In this document: piece by piece, positions 27,036 through 35,194 of the stretch | Position numbering within the stretch: the stretch's first letter is position 1 | Layout: every line of letters begins with the position of its first letter | NCBI GenBank assembly: GCA_050115495.1 | Contig: JASFQK010000002.1 | Location: 148,739 to 212,738, forward strand | Direction: 5' to 3' | DNA: 64,000 nucleotides | Source of the DNA: Phycisphaerae bacterium | GTDB taxonomy: Bacteria > Planctomycetota > Phycisphaerae > UBA1845 > Fen-1342 | Translations under genes and position numbers: made by a program | The notes under the pieces: generated by a model | The model's input: the letters and a program-made list of their open reading frames with translations, nothing else | What the model was told of the DNA's origin: nothing | Database searches by the model: none

Positions 27036-28295
27036 TTAAGGGGACGTGGTGCGCCCGCGATCGCCGACGGCGTGGTCGCATTCGGGGCACACGCCGGATG
27101 TGTTGCCGCGCAGGTCGTAGCCGCATTCGGGGCAGCGGCCGCTGATGTTGCCGGTGAGGTTGTAGCCGCACTCACGGCAGACGTTCTTGTGCTTGCGCGG
27201 CAGCCATCGCCGGATGAGCGGGGCGATGGCGAACACGATCAGCGGATACACGAGCAGCAGCGCGGCGACCAGGGAATGCGGCATCGCAATCTGCCGCAGC
27301 TTCATCACGAGAGAACCGCGGAAACTGAGTTCACGCGCGAGGAGCAGTCCCCAGAGATGGGTTTCGCTACGCGCGCACACGTCTTTCAGCCATGACTCTG
27401 ACGCGTCCCAACTCCCTCCAATGCCCCAGAACGTCGGGGCAGGGTCACTGGGGCACCCGCCAGTGCTCCACAAGTGGCCAAGGCTAAGCCATCCAAGGTG
27501 CGATTTCGCATATGCGTAGGTTGTAGGCGACAGGCAGAGAACGTGGCTGCCTCGCCCCGCGCCCCCGGGGCCGAGGGTGAAGCTGCGCTGGCGCAAAACG
27601 ATGACGCCGAGTGCCAGCAGGATCAGCAAAACCGCGACGATCCTGTTGTTCAGGAGACGCGTGTTTCGGCCGGTGACGCGCCGTTCGGGCCGGTGCTCGT
27701 TGACCGCTGCCCCGCATTCGGGACAGCGGCCGCTGACGTTGCCGGTGAGGTTGTAGCCGCACTCGCGGCAACGCGAGGCGTTCGACTGTGCCGGCCTGTT
27801 TCTGCCCACAAACCGAGCTAGGACGTATGCCAGCAGGACCGCGCCGGGACCGACGAAGAGCAGCGGCGCCAATTGCTCCAGCACTTCTGTTGGGGAGTAG
27901 GAGACTGCAGCAGTCTTGTGGCTGAAACTGCCCGTTGAAGCCAGGTACAGGAACTCCGTGCCACAGAGCGTGATCGACAGGACCAGCCCGCTCAGCGCGT
28001 GCAGCCACAACTTCGGCCTGAGGAGTAGTCCGTAGAGGATGATGAACGCCACGGGCACGACCTGCGCCGCCCAGAGCGGCTGCGTGTGGTACGACCACGG
28101 GAAGAGCTGGACCGGGAACCAGTACTTCACATAGAGCGGTGGATAATTGGGGAACAGCCAGCACGCCACCCAATCGAACACCGTCAGCAGCCGCCGGAAC
28201 ACGAACCACGAGCCGAGGCCGGCCGCCAAATGCACGACCGGACACAAACGGGGTTTCCAACGCCGTGTCACGACCCGCGGTGTCATTCGAATCAT
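27036..28295 (-). CDS. Membrane protein with three CxxCGYxLxGxxSGxCPEC zinc-ribbon motifs
   Basis: Multiple TMs; CRECGYNLTGNVSGRCPECG internally; doubled ribbon at the C-terminus. Confidence 0.75.
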   Translation of the reverse strand: MIRMTPRVVTRRWKPRLCPVVHLAAGLGSWFVFRRLLTVFDWVACWLFPNYPPLYVKYWFPVQLFPWSYHTQPLWAAQVVPVAFIILYGLLLRPKLWLHALSGLVLSITLCGTEFLYLASTGSFSHKTAAVSYSPTEVLEQLAPLLFVGPGAVLLAYVLARFVGRNRPAQSNASRCRECGYNLTGNVSGRCPECGAAVNEHRPERRVTGRNTRLLNNRIVAVLLILLALGVIVLRQRSFTLGPGGAGRGSHVLCLSPTTYAYAKSHLGWLSLGHLWSTGGCPSDPAPTFWGIGGSWDASESWLKDVCARSETHLWGLLLARELSFRGSLVMKLRQIAMPHSLVAALLLVYPLIVFAIAPLIRRWLPRKHKNVCRECGYNLTGNISGRCPECGYDLRGNTSGVCPECDHAVGDRGRTTSP

Positions 28296-28304
28296 CGTTC
28301 TGGT

Positions 28305-28793
28305 CTAGTTCCGTCGACAGTCCCCGTCGACGCCCGGGTCGCCGGGTACGCGCTTCGGCGTCGGAGCGAAGTGCTCCCTGTACAGCCAGACTGCCGCCCA
28401 TGTGCCGGCGATCGTCCCGAGTCCCATTGCGACGCCACACTCCTCCATGCCAATCGCGAACCTGCCCAGCAGCCACTTCGTCACGACGGCGCATCCCCCT
28501 ACACACAGGAGGAACGAGCCCATGAAGTGAATGGCCGGCGCCGGGTCGGTCATGTCGAACAAGGAAGCGTTTCGGTTCGGGCGAGACCACCGGATATCCC
28601 AGTCCATCGACCGGTGCATGGCCCCCAACAACCCCGGCGCAATTGCAGACGCCAGAACGAAGTGCAGCAGCATTGCCCAGATCCCATGTCCCTCGAAGAA
28701 GTCCGGCGGCTCCAGTGGCAGTACGCCTGCTGTGGTCAGAACAGCCAGTACCGAGTACACCGTGATTAGAACCGCCCGCACCCAGAACCACAT
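28305..28793 (-). CDS. Hypothetical membrane protein
   Basis: About 4 hydrophobic segments; tightly packed between co-oriented genes. Confidence 0.6.
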   Translation of the reverse strand: MWFWVRAVLITVYSVLAVLTTAGVLPLEPPDFFEGHGIWAMLLHFVLASAIAPGLLGAMHRSMDWDIRWSRPNRNASLFDMTDPAPAIHFMGSFLLCVGGCAVVTKWLLGRFAIGMEECGVAMGLGTIAGTWAAVWLYREHFAPTPKRVPGDPGVDGDCRRN

Positions 28794-28799
28794 CGCCGG

Positions 28800-29792
28800 T
28801 TACTCCTGAGTCTCCGGTGGGCTAGGCGGCGACCGCCAGCAGCCATCGGTCGCGTCGCCGGGGTCGCCCGGGTTGGTACCACCGTCCTGGGCATCCCGCC
28901 ACTCATCCCCGGAGTGTTCCTCCAGCGGGCTCTCCGGGCTGGCTGAGGCACGCGCGCCTGCCCACAGCAGCAAGGCCCCAATCAGCCATACACCGCCCCA
29001 CCCTGCCAGTTGTGCGAAGCCCAGCCGGTTGGGCGTGAGCAGTGTGCCGCGCGTCATCACCGTGACCGGCCGCGCCGTGAACGTCTGCATGGACTGGGCC
29101 ACGGCTTGCAGGTCCTTCCCGTCCGCCACCGTACAGAGCGCATCGAGCAGCTCGCGCACTTCCGCTTGAACGCGCTCATCGGCGACGGCAACACCACCCA
29201 CCACACTCAGCTCGTACAGCAGAGTCCGCTCATTCATCGCTTGCAGCGCGCCATAGCCGTCCGAATCGCCTCGAGCATCGTCCTTCCGGATGACACTTGT
29301 ACCCGTCGTTAATGGCCGCCCGTCCGGCAAACCGACGAATGCCAGCGATATCGCTTCGAAGTCCGTCGCCAGCGGGCGACCGTCACGCAACAGGTCAATG
29401 CGGACTGACTGGTACGCGCCCGATTTCGGCGTCAGCAGCACGGTGCGGGGCACTACCCTGGTCGCCGGCGGCGATGAGAAGCCGGGGGGCAGAACGGCAT
29501 TGAGCAGCACGGCGGGCAGCGCCAGCATCAGCAGCCATGCAGCGCCGGCCTTCGCACGCCAGGCACCACGGGAGTACAGGATCGTGCCGTCCTGTTGCCA
29601 GTCGCTGCCGCATTCCGGGCAAACCGCCGAGGGCAGCATCTCCACGCGATACGAACATCGCCCGCACAACGGGACGCCGATGGACTCCCGCAGCCGCCAC
29701 GTCCGCACGAGGAGCGTCACGCCGCAGGCGGACAATATGAGTGCTGCCCCGAGCGCGATGAGCGTCGATGGCGGGATCCCCATGTACATCAT
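28800..29792 (-). CDS. Membrane protein with zinc ribbon (CGRCSY...CPECG)
   Basis: TM - ribbon - TM - soluble domain - TM architecture. Confidence 0.7.
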   Translation of the reverse strand: MMYMGIPPSTLIALGAALILSACGVTLLVRTWRLRESIGVPLCGRCSYRVEMLPSAVCPECGSDWQQDGTILYSRGAWRAKAGAAWLLMLALPAVLLNAVLPPGFSSPPATRVVPRTVLLTPKSGAYQSVRIDLLRDGRPLATDFEAISLAFVGLPDGRPLTTGTSVIRKDDARGDSDGYGALQAMNERTLLYELSVVGGVAVADERVQAEVRELLDALCTVADGKDLQAVAQSMQTFTARPVTVMTRGTLLTPNRLGFAQLAGWGGVWLIGALLLWAGARASASPESPLEEHSGDEWRDAQDGGTNPGDPGDATDGCWRSPPSPPETQE

Positions 29793-30141
29793 TATCCCTG
29801 CGGCGAATACTCTGTCTTTCGGCGACCCCGCTCGGTGTGCACGACTGCCCTCGTCGTTTCACGCGTCCTTAGTGATGCGGCCACGCTGGTTTCACGCGCC
29901 GCTGTCATTATACGCGGACGCGGCGGCACGCCAACGTCAGGTCCCGGCAAGCACGAGGACGTCGTCCACGCCGGGCCCGGGCATATGTACGCAGAATCCG
30001 ACAAGATCCGACTTTGGCGGCGGGTGACGTGAAGGGCATAATTCCGGCGGTGTGCCACGCGGCGCGGTCGCGCGAGAGGCTGTGCCCGGTCGGTCCGGGC
30101 AAATCCCCGTTTCGTGTCTCGGGAAACTCGGGAGGCTTTGC

Positions 30142-32148
30142 ATGATGACGATGATGTGTGCGGTGCTGATCGGCGCTACGGCGCTCGTCGGATCGCAACC
30201 GCAGGACAAGCCACCTCCGCCCGCCGAGTCCCTGACGGCGGAACAGGTCGTGGCTCACTACGTGGATGCGCTCGGCGGAGCGGAGAAGCTCGCCGCCCGC
30301 AAGACGCTGCGCATGACCTGCCGCATAACCCGGGAGGGCGACCAGGAGACCGCGGAGCTGATCCGCGAGTGGAAACGCCCGGACAAGTTCCGCGCCAGTT
30401 TCACGGTTTCGTTGGCCGGGCGGACGCTGTGCCTGGTGATCGCCTGCGACGGTAAGACCTGGTGGCACATCATGCCGGTGTTCGGCAGCGCCGAACCGCA
30501 GGAAGCGCCGGCGGAGATGGTCGAGGTCTACGACGACGAGGCCGACATCGACGACCCGCTCGCCGTCGCCGCGGCGATGGGGCACAAGGTTGAGCTGATC
30601 GGCCGCGAAGAGCTGGACGGCAAGCCGGTCTACAAGCTCAAGCTCATGCGGAAGGGGGCGGCCGAAGAGGAGTACGACGAATACTACATCGACGCCGAGT
30701 CGTGGCTGCCGGCAAAGGTCGCCGGCGCGCGGCGGGCGATGGGCGCGGTGGTGAGGTTTGAACGGACACTCAGCGATTATCGCCGGGTGGACGGCGTGAT
30801 GGTCGCCCACGTGCAGAAGACGGTGTCCGAGCCGGACAACAGCGTCCAGGAACTGCGCATCGAGAAGGTCGAAACCAACATCGACGTGTCCGACGAGCGC
30901 TTCAGCCTGGCGGCGGCGAAGAAGGCAGCGGAGGCCTCCGCCCCGACGACTGCGCCGGCAGAGTCGGCGAAAGCGGTGACCGACGAACCCGCCGCCCACG
31001 CCCTGTACGACCGTATGATCGCGGCCCTGCGCGCCGCCGACACGCTCGCCTTCGATAGCGCGTACACGTTGAAGCTCGGGGCCATGCCGGGGACGACCTG
31101 CTGGTACAAGGCATGGCTGGCCAAGCCGAACTACTTCCGCCTCGAGGCGACGCACTCGTCGGGCAAGCTCACGGGCGTGCTCGTCGGCGACGGAAGGAAC
31201 TTGTGGGTCTACTGGCCGTCGGGGAGGCCGTATTTCAGCGACGGGGCGACCCCGGAGGATCAGGACACGTACGAAGCCACGCGAGACAAGGTCTACATGT
31301 CCAAGCCCACGCCGCTGGCCCACCACTCGATCGGCCACGAAGTGGCCCTGCTTGGCAGCGGCATAATCATGAACATCCTCGACCTCAGCACGTTCCACGG
31401 CTACACCGACGGCCTCCAACCGCTGCTGGACGGCGTCGCCGGCTGCGGCACCGAGACCTTCGCCGACGAGCCGTGCGACGTGATCAAGCTGAGCTACATG
31501 GACGGTCAGCGGGCCTGGCGGCTGTGGATCTCGCAGCGCGACCACCTGCCCCGCAAGCTGAGCGAGAGGGTCCATGTCGCCCACACCATCCAGGTCGAGG
31601 AGGTCTGGTCGAACATCCGCCTGAACGAACCGATTCCCGACGAGCAGTTCGTCTGGACGCCGCCGGAAGACTGGCAATTGTGGCAGATCCCGCAGACAGA
31701 GCAGGCGTTGGTGCCTGTCGGCGAGCCGGCGCCGGACTTCGAGCTCAAGCTGGCTGAGGGTGGGACGACGAAGCTGTCGGACTATCGCGGGAAGTTCGTC
31801 TGGCTCGTGTTCTGGCGCGTGGGCTGCCCACCGTGCCGGCAGGAGACAGTGTTCCTGCAGAAGCTGCACGAGAAACACGCGGGCAAGGAGTTGGTGGTGC
31901 TGGGCTTCAACAGCGCCGATCGGCGAGACATCGCCCTCGATCTGCTGCGCAAGCAGAAGGTGACGTTCCCCTGCGTCCTGGATTCGTCCACGGACGCAAT
32001 GCAGATGTCGATGATGAAGTACCACGCCAGCGCTGTGCCAACCACGTACATCATCGACCGCGAGGGCAAGGTGCTGATGGCCTGGGTGGGCTTCTCCGAC
32101 GACGACCCGCGGGCCGAGGAGGCGCTGAAAAAGATGGGGCTGGAGTAA
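30142..32148 (+). CDS. Secreted fusion: two LolA-like domains plus TlpA/redoxin domain
   Basis: Signal peptide; 'YVDALGGAEKL...' and 'WLAKPNYFRLE...GDGRNLWVY...IRLNEPIPDEQFVWTPP' LolA-fold signatures; APDF...CPPC...VPTTYIIDREGKV. Confidence 0.78.
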   Translation: MMTMMCAVLIGATALVGSQPQDKPPPPAESLTAEQVVAHYVDALGGAEKLAARKTLRMTCRITREGDQETAELIREWKRPDKFRASFTVSLAGRTLCLVIACDGKTWWHIMPVFGSAEPQEAPAEMVEVYDDEADIDDPLAVAAAMGHKVELIGREELDGKPVYKLKLMRKGAAEEEYDEYYIDAESWLPAKVAGARRAMGAVVRFERTLSDYRRVDGVMVAHVQKTVSEPDNSVQELRIEKVETNIDVSDERFSLAAAKKAAEASAPTTAPAESAKAVTDEPAAHALYDRMIAALRAADTLAFDSAYTLKLGAMPGTTCWYKAWLAKPNYFRLEATHSSGKLTGVLVGDGRNLWVYWPSGRPYFSDGATPEDQDTYEATRDKVYMSKPTPLAHHSIGHEVALLGSGIIMNILDLSTFHGYTDGLQPLLDGVAGCGTETFADEPCDVIKLSYMDGQRAWRLWISQRDHLPRKLSERVHVAHTIQVEEVWSNIRLNEPIPDEQFVWTPPEDWQLWQIPQTEQALVPVGEPAPDFELKLAEGGTTKLSDYRGKFVWLVFWRVGCPPCRQETVFLQKLHEKHAGKELVVLGFNSADRRDIALDLLRKQKVTFPCVLDSSTDAMQMSMMKYHASAVPTTYIIDREGKVLMAWVGFSDDDPRAEEALKKMGLE

Positions 32149-32442
32149 GGGGCGCGCTGCAAAGCCGGCCCGCGCGATCCAGGTCAGACGGCGCGGCAGG
32201 CCAAGGAGGCATTAGATCGCGTGGCGGACGCGAGGCCGTCAGCAGAGTCCCGTGCATCTTCACGTGTTCTGATGGAGAGTGGACGGGACACGATCGGGCC
32301 GGGCGACGCGTGCACGCAGGCAGAAAGAAGGAGGGCGTCGCCGCCTACTCCGCGAAACAGAACGCTCCCTCGTCCTTGCAGAAGACCAGAACGTCCCCCG
32401 TTCCTATCGGAACGCACAACCGTCGATAGAGGTACTCATCGG

Positions 32443-32898
32443 CTACTCCCGGCCGAATAGGTGGCGGAGACGGTCCCAAATGCTCCGTTTGGCGGGAGAC
32501 CGAGACGTCCGTTCCGCATGCTTCGTGTGATCATTGGGCTTCACGGCGTTATGTCGGGCGTAGTGCCGCTCTCTGCACGACGAGTCACAGGCGCGCCCAA
32601 GGCGGATCTGCTCGTCAGTCCATTTTCTTGCCCAACGAACGGTGTCTCGTTTGATCCAGTAGTGGGATCGACAGGGAAAGCTCCAGTTGCCGACGGAGGG
32701 ATCGAGCGAAACGGTTTCACCGTCAAAGATGAGAGTCCAGTCGGTCGGAGTCAGAGGGGTAACCGCCTCGCGGCCGCATCCGCAGCAGCACCTGTGTACT
32801 GCGGTCGCGTATCGGACGGATACATACAAGACGCCCTCGTTCAGTTGATCCGGAATGAAGTCGACGAATTCATGTTTGAGGACGTGGACTCGCCTCAC
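32443..32898 (-). CDS. DUF6527-like Cys/His-rich protein
   Basis: FVDFIP..L..GVLYVS, HRCCCGCG, SLDPSVGNW..PCRSHYWI; GTG overlaps the ThiF stop (GTGA). Confidence 0.8.
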   Translation of the reverse strand: MRRVHVLKHEFVDFIPDQLNEGVLYVSVRYATAVHRCCCGCGREAVTPLTPTDWTLIFDGETVSLDPSVGNWSFPCRSHYWIKRDTVRWARKWTDEQIRLGRACDSSCRERHYARHNAVKPNDHTKHAERTSRSPAKRSIWDRLRHLFGRE

Positions 32899-34073
32899 GC
32901 CTTCTCCTCATTCGTAATCGTGTTTCCGTCGATCGTATAGGTTGTGTGGTGTTCACGTTCCAGGTCGAGGTAGAACCCCCGGAGCTTCTTCCACTTGATC
33001 ACTGCAAGCGAGGCGGCCAGCGAGTTGAGTTCGGCGATCTGGATGTTCGTCGAGTATGCATTGTCTCGCCCGCCGCCGAAAGGAATCCGGTATCTCTCGT
33101 GTACGTGGCCACGAAGTTCAGGTGTGCTCGTCGTGACACGCACAACGCCCAGGAGCTTCTCGTCGGGCCGTAACACTCCAAGCCCCGCGTCGATGAACGG
33201 CGTTCCACGACGTTCGACGTGGTCAATAATCGGTAGCTTCGACTCTGCGTCATCGACACAGAGAAACACGATCGACATATCGTCCAGCAGGTTCACGTTG
33301 GAATATCCTAGTCGACAATCGTGCGGTACGATGCCGCTATGAAGCGCGCCGTACTTGCCGGCGAAGTAGGCGACCTTCTTTGGCTTCGCTCTCAGGTCGT
33401 GGATGGGCGCGGCCCCAGGGGCTCTGAACGCGCTGTGGGTAAAGAAGCAGTCGTCATCGAAGAGGTGGATTGCTCGCACTGGCGTCTTGGCGACCAGATC
33501 GAGGACATATGACCCGGTCCCACCAAGACCGACTATCGCGACGCAGTCGCCCGCCACACGCTCATTGAGGTCGGCGATGCCCGCCCGGCTTGACGCCGTG
33601 TCGACGTACCGAAAGACACTGCCGTCCACGTCGCTGTTGAAGACCGGGAACGGCGTTGCTGATGTAGTCGGATCTATGGCGACCGCCGGCGCGGAGAGGA
33701 TGGCCGCATATGTAGCCATCTTCTCGTAGTGGTCCGCGTATCCGCTTGGCGGCTTACTCGAGAAGGAATGGCTGACCGTGAGGCCATCGCCGATTCTGCG
33801 TGTCTGTGATTGATGCCGGATTCTCTCCAGAGGGTGCCCCTGGTGGTCGCACGGATAGTCTCCGGCAAAGTGCACGACATGTGTGCGCGGCCGCGTGGTT
33901 CTGTCGCCTTGGAGTGTCAGCTCGGAAACGAGCGTACCATACGCTACGTGGCGGTTTCCACTAACGTAAGGAACTCGGTCAACAACCACGTGGCCCGCCC
34001 TGATTGAGACGTCGTAACCCTCGTCGCGGAGTCGTTTGAGATCGGGATTACGACTTATCAGTTGCTGTGACAT
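32895..34073 (-). CDS. E2-like (DUF6791-like) plus ThiF/E1 adenylyltransferase fusion
   Basis: N-domain 'DLKRLRDEGY...VPYV...HFAGDYPCD...FSSKP...Y.D..EK..TY'; ThiF GLGGTGSY, FDDD...HSAFRAPG, CVDD, NIQIAELN. Confidence 0.88.
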   Translation of the reverse strand: MSQQLISRNPDLKRLRDEGYDVSIRAGHVVVDRVPYVSGNRHVAYGTLVSELTLQGDRTTRPRTHVVHFAGDYPCDHQGHPLERIRHQSQTRRIGDGLTVSHSFSSKPPSGYADHYEKMATYAAILSAPAVAIDPTTSATPFPVFNSDVDGSVFRYVDTASSRAGIADLNERVAGDCVAIVGLGGTGSYVLDLVAKTPVRAIHLFDDDCFFTHSAFRAPGAAPIHDLRAKPKKVAYFAGKYGALHSGIVPHDCRLGYSNVNLLDDMSIVFLCVDDAESKLPIIDHVERRGTPFIDAGLGVLRPDEKLLGVVRVTTSTPELRGHVHERYRIPFGGGRDNAYSTNIQIAELNSLAASLAVIKWKKLRGFYLDLEREHHTTYTIDGNTITNEEKA

Positions 34074-34701
34074 TGAAGACCATCCCATTCCTGATGTGAA
34101 CCGACTGGCCTTCGATCAGAGTCCCCTCGGGATTGCAGGGCGGGCCATTTCGGTAGGTCGCGGTGAAGAGCCAGTTGGCGCCCTCCGGTACCGGGTCGAA
34201 CGCCAGCGTGAGTAGTTCCCTGAACGTCAATGTCCTCTGTTCGACCGTTTTCCTGCGGCCGTTGACGATGATCGTGAGCACCCGTTCGGTGTAGAAACGC
34301 TCCAGACCCCGTCGGTCGAGCGAGACTTCCTGACCAGGCTGGAGCAGCAGATCTTCCTGATTGCGCCGCTCCAACCAAACGCGACCGTGGTGACCTACGC
34401 CCGCGATGTGTCTCAGCGTCGACTCGGCGATTGAGTCGGCGCCCCACGGCTGACGCTGGCCGTTGAGTTCGAAGTTGAACAGGCGGTCGGCGCAGAATGT
34501 CAGAAAACGCTCGCGCCCCGGTTCCTGAAGGTCCACCGTCTCCTCGAGGTCAATGTCCTCAAGCTGTCGTCCTTCGCCGAAATGAAGCACAACGTGCTCC
34601 TCCACCGGCGTTCGCCCGGCAAGCTCCAGTAGTTGGCGACCCGTTAGCACGGGGTCGGCAGACTGGTACGTCTGACCGTCCATCGTGAGCGTGTATGCCA
34701 T
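34048..34701 (-). CDS. Multi-ubiquitin domain protein (3 beta-grasp domains)
   Basis: Three ~70-aa units ('LTGRQLLELAG...VDL..PG.ERF', 'LNG...L..RG.ERFYT', 'IIVNGR...LTF.EL..LAF...G.L..GQSV.I.NGMVFNV'); GAGG RBS. Confidence 0.85.
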   Translation of the reverse strand: MAYTLTMDGQTYQSADPVLTGRQLLELAGRTPVEEHVVLHFGEGRQLEDIDLEETVDLQEPGRERFLTFCADRLFNFELNGQRQPWGADSIAESTLRHIAGVGHHGRVWLERRNQEDLLLQPGQEVSLDRRGLERFYTERVLTIIVNGRRKTVEQRTLTFRELLTLAFDPVPEGANWLFTATYRNGPPCNPEGTLIEGQSVHIRNGMVFNVTATDKS

Positions 34702-34812
34702 TCTCGGACCTCACTTTCTCACTTTCGTGATACAAATGTTGACGAATCCGTATATAATGAGTGCCAGAGGAAGGGCCCACGCTGGGCCCTAGAGACGCAA
34801 TCGTCATAGTTC

Positions 34813-34841
34813 TTTATACGTCATCGTCAATGAGGTGTCAA
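34813..34841 (-). promoter_or_regulatory. Sigma70-type promoter for the Ubl operon
   Basis: Minus strand TTGACA (34841-34836), 17 bp spacer, TATAAA (34818-34813). Confidence 0.7.
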
Positions 34842-34843
34842 GG

Positions 34844-35191
34844 ATGTCCGAGAATTTCGCGGATCGGCTGCGCAAGATCCGGCTGGAAAGGGGATTGAGC
34901 CAAACCGACCTCGCCAAGCGGGCGAGGTTTCAGCCCTCCGCGATCTCCCACTTCGAAACACGGACCCGCTCGCCTTCGTTCGACAACCTTCGGCGACTCG
35001 CGGACGCCCTCGGAGTATCGATCGATTACCTGCTCGGACGCCAGTCAGAATCCACTGCGGCTGGGCCAGTGGCCGACCGCCTACACCGCAACTTCGAGAA
35101 GATGAGTTCTTCCGACCAGGAGTTCATTGCAGCGATGGCCGAAGAACTCGCGAAGAAGAATGCAGCTGCGGACAAGGACAGGGGAGCGTAG
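34844..35191 (+). CDS. XRE-family HTH transcriptional regulator (CapH/ImmR/DdrO-like)
   Basis: RLRKIRLERGLSQTDLA...AISHFE...PSFDNLRRLADALGVSIDYLLGR. Confidence 0.93.
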   Translation: MSENFADRLRKIRLERGLSQTDLAKRARFQPSAISHFETRTRSPSFDNLRRLADALGVSIDYLLGRQSESTAAGPVADRLHRNFEKMSSSDQEFIAAMAEELAKKNAAADKDRGA

Positions 35192-35194
35192 CGC

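Noticed and set aside
27036..29792. Integron cassette array of small membrane genes
   Set aside because: Intergenic gaps are under 10 bp with no attC-like sites, and there is no integrase.
32895..34701. ThiF plus Ubl as thiamine or molybdopterin sulfur-carrier biosynthesis
   Set aside because: The Ubl has three domains and no GG terminus, the ThiF is fused to an E2-like domain, and no thi/moa genes are nearby.
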